Source: Carcharhinus amblyrhynchos (Eukaryota). Taken from it: a DNA stretch of 64,000 nt. The translations under genes and the position numbers were made by a program. The stretch lies in the NCBI GenBank assembly GCA_965287045.1, contig OZ336881.1:46252001-46316000 (forward strand), written 5' to 3'. This document shows, piece after piece, positions 24,014 through 37,894 of the stretch. The first letter of the stretch is position 1. Each line of letters starts with the position of its first letter. Below the pieces are notes generated by a model. That model made no database searches. It was not told the DNA's origin and was given only the letters and a program-made list of their open reading frames with translations.

Positions 24014-26134
24014 CTATAGTTGATACAATCACGTTCATTTTAGGTTGAGAGGCAGCGCTATGGAAGAATGAGATATTGGTTATGCTCATACTTCTGAGTT
24101 CACATCAGGTGTGCTACTCGAGTGGTCTATAGGCAACAGTGCAGGCAATTCATCAAAAATATGGGAAACAATGAGAAAACCTGATTGTGCGACAGTGGGG
24201 AGCTATGGGGAGCATAGAAGAAGGAGTTATTGGTAAAAGATTTTCAAAATTTGATAACATGGAAGTGGAATGTTGGGGTTGAGGAAGTAGTGGGAGGGGT
24301 CACGAGTGTTTCTTGGTAGCAGAAGGGCAATCCTGAGGTGTGGGAGGATTGAAATAAAAATTGGCATGGTGTGGAGACACTCAGGAGAGGAATTGTGATG
24401 TGGCATATTCCCCATTGTAGTTCTCCTTCAAAAAGCAATCTATGAGAGTCAACTAGAAAATAGTAAATGGCCTCAATTGTAGCAAGATGTGTGTCTGGTG
24501 CTATAGCTGTATTTGTAACTATGACCTAGAAACTGGCTTATTCTACTGTCCTATCTGAGTCAAAGTAGTCAATATTAAAAAAAAATGAGCAAACAGAGTG
24601 GAGGAATAGAAGCAATAAAATAGGGCAAAAAGAATTTTTTGGGTATTAGTGTGGAGTAAGCACAATAAGAGATGATGGGGAGGCTGAGGAGGAAGCAATC
24701 TATTAGGTGGGTGTAGGTGGAAACGCTAAGAAATAATAGGAGGGGTTAGGAAGCCATGTTGTAGGTGGGAGTTGGAAAATAACAAGGGTTCAGGAAGGTG
24801 ATGATTATTTATTCCTCTCCAAATCTTCATCAGTGGCTTCTACAGCCTGTTGCAACTACAGTGTAATTGAGGCTTTCAGCTACTTGTGCTTTCTGCTGGC
24901 AAAACCATTTGGGGAATCCTACATCAACAAGTGACAAATCTGTCATGATAATACAAAAATAAAAGCGCAGAAGCAGCTTCAACAAGCAAAAGCCTGTAAC
25001 TGGTCATAGCTGGAATGACAGCTTATGCAATTCAGTTTGAAAGGGAAGGGTTGTGCCAAAAGCCGTGAATATAGATGGAACTAGGAAGGTTGGGATGGGC
25101 AAGAGAGTAATCTCAGACAATGGAGGATATCAAAAGGGAGCCTGTGGCTGTGGGAAAGGCCTTTGGGTGTCAGAAACAACCTTCATAGACCTGAAATGGA
25201 TGGCAGTGTCAAGATTAGAAGTACAGTGTCAGCTTGCTTACAACAGCTAAGAAGACCCATTAAAGGTACATATGGTACAGAGCTGTTTGTGCACAGTGGA
25301 AATGATGTGATGAAAACACAAGAATTTGGCCAGAGGTACCTGATTTACCTGCAAATCGCTTCCATGAAAATAAAAAGTAAACGGGAATATAATTTGGGTT
25401 TGGATTTTATTTCCTCATTTCAGCATTAAATTGAACAGAATGCATCACTTCTTTTTCATATATGTTTAGCATTTTAATAAAGATTTATGGATCATATTAT
25501 TCACCAATCCATAGAATTCCTCAGTTCAACAAATCTTTCTAATATGATTTAGCATGAATGCATGAAAAAAAGCAAGCTGACATTTAAAAACTAATCATAA
25601 GAGAGCGATCTGGAGTACTGTACAATTTAAACAATAAAGTTGAAAGAGGACCAGCAAAAAGACCTTAGAATAAATTGTCAGTGATTTGCTCCTGCAGCTT
25701 TTATGTGGGCTGGCCAATCCTCTGTCCTCCATTTGAGGCTATAGCAACACACCCTATGAAATCCAACATCTCAATTCACTCCAGAAAACTTTCAGAGATT
25801 TTGAAATTGTCAAAGTTCTTCAAAATCACCTTAGCTGCAAATTGGACTCCTTAATGCTTAAAGTAGCATGTATGCAGGGTTCATTTTGCAGCTGAACATT
25901 TATGAGAGTCACACATGTAAATTCATTGAATGGGCCTGCCTGATCCAAACTTAGCAAATGAGTGTCACATCAGTCAGATGGAGGTTGTTTGGCATTATGA
26001 TAGGATGAGTTCATTTGCTTCCATCCTGCACAGTGAATGCCCATCTCAGGACAGCTGGATATGACAGGCAGCACATCATGCACTCCAAGAAGGACATCTG
26101 GCTTTAGTAGCTACGCATCTGAATTTCACACAAA

Positions 26135-26295
26135 GGGTGGAATTTTCCCGTCCTGCCTGCCACAGGTATCATAGCAGGTGGGGTGGGGGGTGGAGGGGCG
26201 GCAGGGGGAGGTGGGGGGATGGGGGGGGCTGCGGACCATGCAAATGTCGTTTGAACTTGGGTGGGAGGGATGAGTGTGGCTGGAAAATCCTGCCC
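26135..26295. mobile_element. Short MITE with 14-bp TIRs and a G-rich core
   Basis: GGGTGGAATTTTCC (26135) versus GGAAAATCCTGCCC (26282-26295), 11/14 complementary. Confidence 0.7.
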
Positions 26296-27165
26296 AAGAT
26301 GTTTTTCATTGCTAAAATTAATATCCTGATATTTGAGGCAGATATGAATGCAGGTCATTGCTTTTTCAACTCAGCCGCCTGAATTGGGAAAGAAAACAAT
26401 AAGCTAGTCTGGTTGAATACGCTTGATTTTAAACTCATTTTAATGCGCAAAATTAACTGCAGCTTTGGATGTGATGATGTAAGGATTTCTTCCACCCACA
26501 CATACTTTTGATAACTATTTGCTGGTTGGAAGTTTGAACAGAAGTTGCTACTATAAATGGAAAAATAGTATTGATCGGTGACATGATTATATATTGTTGG
26601 TGTTTGGAAGTAGAAGAATGCTCATGATTACACAGTGAAGAGAATAGTCAGTCTGGATTTAGATAGACATGAGCAATAGGAAGAGATAACATCGCAGAAA
26701 TTGAAACCAAAGTCAATATTTGCACAGTGTTGGAATTGTGTATCTACAACTGAGTCGATAGTGACAACTTAATCAGTATCCAAATCAAAGTGTAGTGATT
26801 GGGATGAGATAACCAGGTACAGAAAAATAGTATCATGCTCAAGGAAATAATGACACTTATGGTTTAATACTAAAAAACTCATTACAAATTGGAATGTTTT
26901 ATCAATGAGTTAAGAACTTTCATTTTACTGCCCATAACTGGTCTCACATAAATATCTGCTCTCACAATTGGAGATAGTTCATAACATCCCAAAGAAATTC
27001 AGTTGTGTCAACAGTGTTCCACCACAAGAATAAACCTTGCATTTGATTTGCAACTGGTCACATGGGGTAGGATTTTCAAATGACAGTGAGGAACAATTTG
27101 GGTGTAGGAGTGCTTTGGGTAATATGCCAATCTTGCATCTTCCAGCACCTTTGAAATTTGTGTTA

Positions 27166-27170
<5 letters not shown>

Positions 27171-27238
<68 letters not shown>
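27171..27238 (+). repeat. (TG)34 microsatellite
   Basis: Perfect TG dinucleotide run. Confidence 0.99.
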
Positions 27239-27239
<1 letters not shown>

Positions 27240-28819
27240 TGGGGGGAGGGGGGAATGGAGCAGGGGGAGTGGGTGGGGGGGGGAAAGGGGGTGTGTGTGT
27301 CAGAGATGGGTGCACGGGGAGCATGAATCCTCCGATTAACTGAAAGAAATTTTCAGATCCCGTCCGAGGCCAACAGAAAATGCCGTTCTGCGATCCTCGC
27401 CCGTCCTGATTCATGGGTGGGTGTGCTGGTAAAATTCTGGCCCCCAGTGATTCACCATGTGATCGTGCTGCTGAATTAAAGTATAAAAAAGAAAAATCTC
27501 TCAAACTAAGGTGCTCATGCAATGGCATGCGGTTGTCATCGCTTGAGCAGAGCAGAATTGACTATTTGGTCACTTGTATGCACTGTGAGGCTCTCTGCTC
27601 TCATGCCTCCTCTAACCTGCAGGGCAAAGCCCAAACGTGGCTGTCATCTGATTTTGAGCATTGCACTACAGAGCCCCTAGGCAGCATCCATGCTGAGTCC
27701 AGCCAAATAGGTGCTTTGTTTCTTAAAATAATGTTGTGTCCCTGACTCGGTGGTGGCAAAGAGCTAGGATTCAGAAACGACCTGGGCATCTCTCACCCCA
27801 GATTGAAAATCCAGCCCAATGTGCTCAATTTTGTCAGCTTCCATATTATTCCAATCATTATTACCTTTCACCTCTGTCATTCAGCGAAACTTTCACTTTT
27901 CCTGCAACAGCTTGACAACATTGACAGACAACTGAAACCTGACCCCAGAATTCCAGCCAGCTGGAAAGGCTATGGACAGAACATTATATTGCACCAGGGA
28001 CTCTGCCCTTCAGCCTAAATTTTGGGGGTGAACTCACCCCTGCTGCAGTGGGTTGACCCACAGCTATTTATTGCTCAATGAAGTATCAGTTGGCTCAGGA
28101 TACAATTTCCACCCTGACTCAGTAAGAAGACCTGTTTACAGCCAATCAAATTTCTAACAGCTGTCTAGTCCCAGCAGTGCCACCAGGAGTAGTGGTCATT
28201 GTTGGGACTGCATCCTGTCATAGTTGGGGGGGGAGAAAAGTGAAGAAAGATTTCTAGAATTAATTAAAATTTGGCGATTATAACAACATTTATAGCATAT
28301 CTCTGAGGTATGTAACATAATGCTATATTTCAGTATCAACAAGAAGATTAGTGACTTCAGCTGTTTTTCCAGAGGAGCAGTGAAGTTTCCAACACAGTCA
28401 ACTGATCTCATAAATCCGACCCCAGTCTTGATCTTATTCTTCACACAAATGAGGAGAAAACATACTTGTATGAGTCCATTCATATTTGATTCCAACAAAT
28501 TGTTTCTTTTCTCAGCAAACCCCCTGAATCATCCCAATTTCATTGTTGGAAAACTGTTACATTTAATCATCTAGCTTTATCATATCGGCCAAAAATATGG
28601 ATCACAGATCTATTTTGATTAAATTCTATTTTGATTCAATTCATGACTTTCTCACACAATGAGAATCTGTATGTAGAATCTCATTTTGTGGGTATAAAGA
28701 TAGAGAATTGGAGGTGAAAGTTCATGTGCCTAATTAGTGTCTCTTCTGGCCAGCAAATCATTAGCCAAGTGCTGCAAATTGAGTATGTTGAACTTCATAC
28801 ACACTGGTCCTACTTGCAC

Positions 28820-29410
28820 CCTGTTGAGCAAGACATATAGATATTTAGACACAAATAGTTGGAGGTGACAGGGCAGGTTCAGAAGTTGTTAAAAAGGTAT
28901 TAATGAACTTGTGCTTTATAAATTGAAGCATAATAAAGAAAAGTAAGGAAGCTACTGTGAACCATTACAAAATACAAATTTGGCCTCAACTGGAGCACTA
29001 TGTTCAATTCAGAAGGATTTTGCAGGTACAGGAAAAATTTACAAGGATTCTTTCAGGGATGAGGAACTTCAGTTTTAAAGATAGAATGGATAAATTAGAG
29101 TTGCTCTCCTGAGAGAAGAGAAGAGCACAAGGAGATATGACAGAGGTATTTAAAATTAGGAGGGGTCAGGAGCGAGCGAAAATGTTTCAGTTAGTAGAGA
29201 GATGTGATCCAGAGGACACAGATCTAAGGTGATAGACAAAAGAACCAAAGGTGATATGAAGCATTTCTTTCAGCAGCAAGTGGTTAGGATCTGGAATGCA
29301 CTGTCTGATGGAGTGGTGGAGGATATTCAACTATGACTTTTGAAAAGGAACTGGATAAGTACCTGAAGTTCATGAAACAAAAAATCTGCAGTGTTATGCG
29401 AAAAGGGTTG
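28820..29410 (+). mobile_element. Degraded CR1 3' part
   Basis: Traces of PQLEHYVQF, GMRNFSFKDRMDKLELLS.EKRRAQGDMTEVFKI and VVRIWNAL. Confidence 0.8.
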
Positions 29411-30681
29411 GCTGTTATATATCAAGAGTGCACCCAAATAAAAACATCAATACATGTGATTTTCTTACCAGAAATGATCTAGGGTCAAGTGCTTAATCAT
29501 GCGATTCCTTTGTGACTCTTATACCAAGGTCATTTTCAGACTCTGTAGGAATATTTTCTCCAGCTATAGCTGCAGTAAACAATAATCCGACATCAAACTA
29601 TTTGGGTAAAAAAGCTTCCAACATATTATTGTTCAGTTTTTTTTTCCAAAAAAGGCAACATTGTTTGTACCAAGTTGAAGATAACAACACTTGAATTTAC
29701 TGACTGCAAAGTTTGACTCACTTTTGGACACAGATGTTCAAACAAACAAACCTTTTGAGCAAATTGTAACAGGTTGAAAGGTGACATGAAAACTAGCCAA
29801 TGTCATTATTTGATTGCGCTCGCTTGACCAAATAAGTATCCAAACCAGTAAAATAATTTCACAATTTTTTTCTTCCAAATGATATAATAGTTGAAAAGCT
29901 TTCTTTCCATAAGAAACAAAAATAGTGAGATGCCATTGTAAAGATGTAGTTTCTGCACAGTATCTTTTACAATCAATTTATTAGATTGTGAACTGCAATG
30001 TTAGAACACAGCAGGGGAATATTTCCAACTCGTTCTTCTCCGAAGATGGTTTCAGGAATTCAGTCACTAAGGTCATGGAGCCCCACTGTGTTTTCCACCC
30101 ATTAATTTTAACAGACAAAAGATCCCGTGAGAGCGAATGACCTCCACATCTGAATTTCCAAATTGGCATCCATGCTAGAAGTACAAATTAATAAAATTAC
30201 TCAAGTTTCAGTGTATGTAAATTTGCTCTGAAAGATAAAGAAGATAAATGTTAATGTTGAATGGAAGTTGAAAGGGTTGATGGGGTTGGCAACTGGGACC
30301 GAGATCGGTCTGTCACTGATGTTCCTTGGCTTTGTGGTTTAGCTAGTCACAGCTATTATTTTTTCTAAATGGACATTGGCTGTTTAACAGTTCCTGAATT
30401 TTCTCTGTGAGTGCAGGCTGACCTTTGTGGTACATAATGAGACCAGTCAGCGATCTCTGCAAGTTTGGTAACTTTTGGTCTTTTTTCAATATTACTCTTT
30501 TGGCCTGTGGCCAGAGATGTTGGATTGAAATGAATGGGAGATTAAATGGAGGTCGTTCCAGTCATCTGCCCTAAAAATTGGACTGGGGCTGCAACATGTC
30601 AACATTTTACAGGGCAGATATTGACCAATTGCTAAGAGCCAATATTCTTTTTACTCTATTGGAATATTATGTATTTTGCAT

Positions 30682-30970
30682 GGGCGATACTGTGCAACAA
30701 TGGTTAGCACTGCTGCTTCTTAGTGTCAGGTACCCGGGTTCGATTCTCGGCTTGTGTCGCTGTTTGGGTGGAGTTTGCATGCTCTCCCGATGTCTGCACA
30801 GGTTTCCCCTGGGTTTTCCGGTTTCCTCCCGCATTCTGAAAGACGCACTGGTTAGGTGCATTGACCCGAACAGGCGCCAAGCTGTGGTGACTAAGGAAAT
30901 TTCAAAGTAGCTTCATTGCAGTATTAATGTAAGCCTTACTTGTGACTAATAAATAACTTTAAATTTAAAC
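30682..30970 (+). mobile_element. V-SINE (HE1-like head, second tail type)
   Basis: tggttagcactgctgctt...gggttcgattctcggc head. Tail cttcattgcagtattaatgtaagccttacttgtgactaataaataactttaa. Confidence 0.88.
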
Positions 30971-31124
30971 TGTGAAGCATCAGTGCCTAACTTACTTTCG
31001 GTATTTATATAAAACATATAATTTAACGTTGTATTGATGCAACAAATGGCCAATTTAAGGCTTTGATTTGGCCTTGTGCCATTTTCCTGCCACACATGTT
31101 TTTCTCTTAGCCTAAAAAGACACT

Positions 31125-31580
31125 GGGGGGATTCTCCAAGCCTGCTAGCCCCGATCGCAAATTGTGATGGCCTGGAGAATTGGGAGTCAGCGCAAAAGTG
31201 GGTTTTGCGCCAGTCGCCAAACCTGTTGTGACTCATGCAAGTATGGTGTGGGAAAAATCATCCATTATTTGTGGGTGGGGGAGGTGGTGTTGTCCATCTT
31301 TGGTGAAGGGTTGGGGTTGGTGGTACTCCCTTTGCTCCCCTGGTCAGTGCTGGGGGTGGGGGAGAGGGGGGGGCACCATTTCTTTTTTATGGGGGAGGGA
31401 GCCAGTGAGTAAACATGGAGATTGGGTCACCATTTAAATATGGCAGCCCAGTCTGGGAAAGTTGGCGGTTTGTCCGCTATGAATAATTTGCATCCAATAG
31501 ACGTTGCTGTCACCAATGGGTAACAATCCAGTCTCCCGCTGGCGTGGGTGATTAGTCCCCGTTCAGGAGAATAGTCGCCA
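31125..31580. mobile_element. Harbinger-type MITE
   Basis: Ends gggggattctcc and ggagaatagtcgcc, with a CpG-containing subterminal hairpin region. Confidence 0.5.
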
Positions 31581-33061
31581 TTACTTGAAGGACAACATTT
31601 TCCTGAATATTATCAATAAAGGAAGAAAAGCAAGTCAGCGTCTTTTGTTGTTACTTGATTCAAAGTGATTGGGGAATTATATTTATAGTATAATAATGCC
31701 TACATGACAACAGCCACTGCAAAATCATTCATTAAAAGTGAGGTGTTTTATGAACTTCCTGAAATATGAGACAGGATGCAATATAAATGTCAGTCGTTCA
31801 TAGGTTGGCATTGCTACCATTGCTCTTCTGTGTGCATTATCGTACTAGCTAAGCCTTTGCTCTTTTCAAAATTATAATTGGACTCTGAGCCATGTCTCTT
31901 TATCTCACTCCTGTATCATACTTATCTTCAGTTAACTAATCAAGCAATTACAGCTTTGAAACTTTTTGTGCAATGATTAGGACTCAAGTCCAGAAGCACA
32001 GCATTAACTGATCGGTAAATTAATGAAAGAGAAATGATATTGTGATGCATATTTATATAATAATACCTACCAGAGTAGAATATGGAATTAAATGATGTGT
32101 GGACATAAAATTATTTCACAAAACAGAACTTTGGTTATACATTATTTCAATTTCAAGTTTTTATTTCAGTTCTGCCCATTGGATTGGATGCATGCAGTCA
32201 GTGTAATGCAAGAGAAATTGTAATGATTCCATGTACAATGGATGAATACAAGGATTCTTCATATTCACTATTTTATGCATAGTTGTTGATCATTTGCATA
32301 ATTGCAACCATAGGAATGAAACTTTATTCACTGTGGTCATGGCTTTTGAGTTACCCATGTATGAATTGGACTGAAGATTAAGCTTCTTTGAATTGAAGAA
32401 GATTAAACAAGCTACAAAATGGTTCATTTTGTGCTGATTGTCACATGGTGATGATTTTTATAAATTCCAGTCGTGCGCAAGAATTAAGGTACTAATATCT
32501 CTCTGTTAAGCTAGTTCTTGGCTTGCTATTTTGGCCTAATTCGCCTGTATAACAAGAAAATGCTTCAGAAGACTATATAACAAGAAGATGGGGCTTATTA
32601 AACTAACTGAAAGATGACAGTATCACAGTGTAGACACACAAGCAAGAGTTTGAGATATGGTCATTTTAGTTTTTCTACATTACATCATTCTATTTATGAC
32701 AAAATCCCATTCTGTCTCTCCTCTTTTATCATTGATTAACACAGCAATATAGTCACAGAATTAATACATTAAATGGCAGCAGCTGGACTCAGTTTGGACC
32801 TCAAACTCTTCACTTGCTCACCCTTTATCCGTCTTATGAAAAATACTCAGATGTCCTATTGTATCAGTTGGAAATCATTGAATAGCCATAAAATTCCTTG
32901 TGAAAAGCAACAGACTCTTCTAACCAGCCATGTAAACAGAATCAAGCACCTGCAAAACACCTAGGCCAGGAGTCCATTAAACTCCACAAGTAAATCAAAA
33001 ACAAACTTCAGAATTACTGCCTCAATGGATGCCTAAATACATAAAGGCAATGGGGAAACAT

Positions 33062-34765
33062 TGTTATAATTCTAGGCTAGTCTTTTAATTGTATGAAGTA
33101 TATGTTACCTTTTTATCTATTTTTAACTAATCTGCACGCTGTTCCACATTTGCAATATGTTGGATAATGGAACTAATTTTAATTAAACTGAATTTGTGGG
33201 TATTAGAAATAGGTTTTAGCTTTATGTTTAACTTACATTCCTTTCAGTGGATTGAAAAGGTGAAGTTGGATGTAGTTCCATTTTAGAGTGGAGACTTCGG
33301 GTGAGATTTCTGTGCCTCCTGCTGCATGGTACGCAGTAGCGGAGATAGTCCTCCAATGGGCCACACAGGGTTTCCTGTTTAATGCATCACTTCCCATCCT
33401 CCCCCCTCTCCCAACCCCATATACCTCGCTATTGGGAAATCCACTGTGGGTGTTCATCACCAGTGGGGCTGAACTGGTGAGAACGGCTGGAAAATTCTGG
33501 CCAGCAGTTTCGGAGCTGTTTGTATGCCTGCAATTTTAGTAAGATTTTACAACCCTTGATGTAGTTTAGGGAGGGTACAACATCAAAATAGGGAAAAAAC
33601 TGCTTTACCTAGCAACAGGGGTCCAGAGAGAGAGATCTACAGAGAACATCAGTTTTCAGTTAGTTGGAGATAATGCTCCAAAATGAAGGGGTACATTAAT
33701 TATCTCTCTATCTGGATATGCTAGCAGACTGCTAAGGAAAATAAGTCTAAGAATCTTGGATGAGTTGCTCTGGAGTTAAAAGTAAAAGTGAATGTCGAGT
33801 AAGTTCTGAATCTCAAGGGCAATACCAAGTTGCCAACAGTCTACTGGGACAGAGAATTGCAGGGAGCAACACCTAAAGGAAAACAGAAAAGTCCCAAGAA
33901 AAGCTTTAAATTAAGACACAGGAAAAAACAGGAATCTGGAAAATGCCCTGTTGAGTGAAGAAAAGAGCAAAGAGCAGAAGAAGGATCCATGTTTAAAGTG
34001 AGAAGGCTACAGGAAGCAGATTTACAGCAAATTATGCTTTAAATATATGCTTATGAGAAGCCAGAGATGCAATGAGATGGCTCAAGGTCTATAACTCCTT
34101 AGGGCCTGTAAAGCAATGGTGTTTTGCTGTTGCAGTTGAATACCTGAGCAAGTGTGTGGAAGTTGAAGCTTGAGTGTATGTAGCAGTAGCGGCCCAGGGG
34201 ACAGGAATATTGGAAAGAGAGATAGAACCCATGGAGATAGGCTCTTCTGGATGGTATCTGAGAGAACACATCGTATGGAAGAAGACTGTAATGCGAGGAC
34301 TTTGAAAATTAAAGTTGGAAACCCCTCTGAGAAAGATAAAGTTCCAATGAAACTAGGTGGATCATGGTATGACAAGCATCTGGGAGGTGATGATGCAAGA
34401 TCCATGACATCTGTTTGAGTGGAATTTGTTACCTAGTTTCACAACGTGGTGTGTCTGACCCCAGGTTTACTAGACTGTGTACTTACTGTGAACATTAGTT
34501 TATACCACAGATTTAGTAACTTATGCTATGTTCATAAATCTATATACATCTGTAGAGGTATAGTTGTGGGCAAAGGAGTGGTATGTATATGGTTCATTTT
34601 TCTTGTTGAATAAATGTTTTATTCTTTTGTTAAAAGTTAATTAACAGATTGTGCTCAGTAGCTGCTCTCTACAATTCTAAACAAAATAAAAGTTAAGACC
34701 TATCAGGTTTAGTTCCATCCTACGATTTGACTTGTTCAGTAGTAACACCAGGTGGAATCATAACA
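33062..34765 (+). mobile_element. Probable solo LTR with a nested MITE (about 33295-33505)
   Basis: TGTTATAATTCT ... GGAATCATAACA termini (TG..CA, 10/12 inverted match), AATAAA at about 34609, purine-rich body. No clear TSD. Confidence 0.5.
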
Positions 34766-36011
34766 AATGTTGATCTTTCCCTTGACAGTTTGCCTGTCAG
34801 AAGTAAAAATCTAGCAAACACATTACCTTCCTCCAGGTGAATTTGGAGGCAGGGGTATTTAATCAGATGGGAAATTGCCAAGCATGGACCTGGCTGCTTT
34901 CCCATCTTTGCCCCAGTTAGTTCCAGAGCAGGAAGGCTCAGAGGAAGTGGGAAGTTTTGGGGTCCACATCTGCCCCTATCCCCTTTATACCCTTACCTGA
35001 TGGCTGCTTCTGGTGTTGCCCATTCCCCATACCTCCTTGGAGGAGCCTATTAGATGTCAACAGCTCACTGGCTGGATGACAATGAGGGCAGAGAACCAAT
35101 ATTGGGTGTGCCTCAGGCCAATTCATACACTTGCAGGATTTTGACCAACATTTTGAAAATCCACTGCAATGGAATGCTGGGTTAGCACTGAATGATTACC
35201 ATCTGCCTTCTCTCGCCCCCTCTGTATTGTCAGCATTTTTTGTTTTTCTGTATAGCATTCTCCATTTTCATCTAGCCAAAATTGTTTTACAAATACTTTT
35301 GCAACCTTATATCCAAGAACATGTATCAAGGTAGGCAGAGGATCAGGCTTATTCTTAAAAACCATATGATCAATGTAGCACCTATTTAACAGTCAAAATT
35401 AATTTGTTCTAGCCATTTAATACATGTTATAAATGTTGTAGAATAGACTATTATTAATAGTTCAGTTGTGAAATTTATCATAAATATCATACCAGGAAAC
35501 CAACACACAGGTTAGAAGGCATTTTGTATACCTAGTTAACTCTAATCAAAAGATTTGGCTTTGGTTAGTTATATCCTCATACTATCTCCTTACATAATGT
35601 GACATATAATGGACAAAGAAGGTTGATATTTCAACATTGCTGAACAAAGGTAGCTTTTTGTGCTCAACTTCAAGAAGCTTTAATTCCGAATGGGGCAAAA
35701 AAAAAGAACAATTAATGTCTTGCCATCTGTGACATTACGAATAGTTCTGTCTGCTAATGTTTCAAAAGGTCTTGATTATTCTCACAAGGTGTATTCCGAA
35801 TGTAATATCTCCTTGTTTTCATGTGCATTCACAGCAGGTCTGTTTGGTCACTAGTTAGCTTATCAATTCTCATTTAGTGGCAAGCCATTTCATTGCCCTG
35901 TGAAAGAACCAGTGCAGTGACTCTGCAGGTAGATTTACTGAGAGCTATGCATATATATTTTCTCACTGCAGAAAGACTCTTGTTTGAATGAAACACGTTA
36001 AAATGTTAAGA

Positions 36012-36280
36012 TAAAAGTAAATTACTGAGAATGCTGGAACCTGAAATTGAAACAGAAAACGCTGGAGAATCTCAGCAGGTCTGATAACATTTGCAGAGAG
36101 AGAACAGAGCCAACGTTTTGAGTTTGGTTGAGTTGTCTGCAGAGCTAAAGACAACTGGAAATAAGATGAGATTTATACTGTTGTGGGGGCTGGATAGAGG
36201 GCCAGCGAAAGATGGAAGTGAGGAAGAGATTGACAAAGATGTTATAGACGAAAGGACAAATAGAATGTAAATGGTGCTGA
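36012..36280 (-). mobile_element. Penelope-like element (family 2) 3' fragment
   Basis: aaaagtaaattactgagaatgctggaacctgaaattgaaacagaaaacgctggagaatctcagcaggtctg...gagagagaacagagccaacgttt. The hammerhead position is eroded. Confidence 0.65.
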
Positions 36281-37518
36281 TGAAAATATTATCTGGTTTG
36301 GACCGTTGGCTGTTTAATGTTGTCAAATAGAATCATTCTTTGGAGAACACTGAATATATAAAACATACTAGCCAGGATTTTCTGGCTGCGCTCACCCCAA
36401 GCCGGAAAATCCTGCTCAAGATCAATGGACCTTTGCATGGTCCTCTCTGATCAGGAAACACAAGTCGGGCCTCGTTCCAGCTTTCTAAGCCCTGGCAGCT
36501 TCTGAACCCATTTCCTGCCTTATTTTGTCCCTGAGAGACATGGGCAAGGACAGATCAGGTTTTGTGAACTGTGATGCAATGTGCGAGGAGTATGGGAAGA
36601 GTGGGTGCATAGGTGAGTTGGTTAGAAGGCCAGCTTCAGTTTTCAGGGACCAAGCTCCCAACATCATTGCTGTACTCCTTAAATCTTACCCCTTATTCTC
36701 TTCACCCCCAAACACATCTGGGCTCCTCCTTGCCTCTTTATCCTCTCAAGTCTCCTTTATGCTGCCTCATATCTCCCATGCCTCTTCATTTCCAAATGCC
36801 CCTTCATTTCTCAATGCTACAATTCTTTGTATCTCCTATGCCCCCTTCATACCACCTCATATCCCTTTACCCCTTCCATGACCCTGTCATATGCTCCATA
36901 CCTGCCACGTATGATGCCCAGATATTCATTCAATATCCATTATGGGCAAACCCCAGGAACCATGTCTTTGAAATTGATATATTTTTTAAAAAAAAGTTTC
37001 TAACAATCTAATAGAGCTGTCACTCAAGCATATTTCAAACCAAAATCATTCTTGTTCCAAAAAGTCATTCATATAATTTAAATCCCTCAAGTGGTCAATT
37101 AGTTGTAAAAATCATTAATTCATTTATCACATCAAAATATTCTTTCATAGCTTCTTAAAACTATCCATCAAACTGGAAAGACACTCTTTCAAGTTAAGTT
37201 GCACTTTTGCTTCTCAACCAAGCATTCATTGTAGCCCACAACTTGGAAGTGTAAATAGTGGAATCTGTTGAAACTGAAAACATAGATCATCCTTTTTTTC
37301 TAAGTTATAGATGGTGTAATTTCCATTTCAAAATAGATTGCCTGTCAATCAATAAAGTAAAGCAGGTGGTTAGATTGCTTTAACTTTCAACAGCAGGGCA
37401 ATATTTTTCAAGTTAAAAATCTCTGGACAATTAAACCTCAGTCCCAAACATGTCCAAAGGGTTTCCCAGCACATTTTTCTGCAGTTTTGAATGCGTTGCA
37501 ATACATTTTCCAAAACTC

Positions 37519-37636
37519 AAAGTTGGTTTATTATTTATTAGTCACAAGTAAGGTTTACATTAACACTGCAATTAAGTTACTGTGAAATTCCCCTAGTTGC
37601 CACAGTCCGGCACCTGTCCAGGTCAATGCACCCAAC
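37519..37636 (-). mobile_element. V-SINE second-type tail fragment
   Basis: tttattagtcacaagtaaggtttacattaacactgcaattaagttactgtgaaattcccctag. Confidence 0.8.
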
Positions 37637-37894
37637 TCTAATATATCTCAACACTTAAACAGTGCTGATAAATGTAATAGTTAACTTGCCTTTTCAGAAC
37701 AGAGCCCTATAATGAATGTCTACAGTTAAAATGCATTGATATTACAAAAAAAGCATCAAATAGTGACTTTTGAAGTTATCAAAATATTTACCAACTGTCA
37801 GAATGATCCCAACTCCTCAGCATGCTTCCTTTAGTTGTACTAAACTCTTCAATAAGGCGGATGTTTTGTTAGAGTTTCCAAAACTCACCAGCAC

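Noticed and set aside
27037-27528. ORFs with CV or TH repeats
   Set aside because: Translations of the TG microsatellite.
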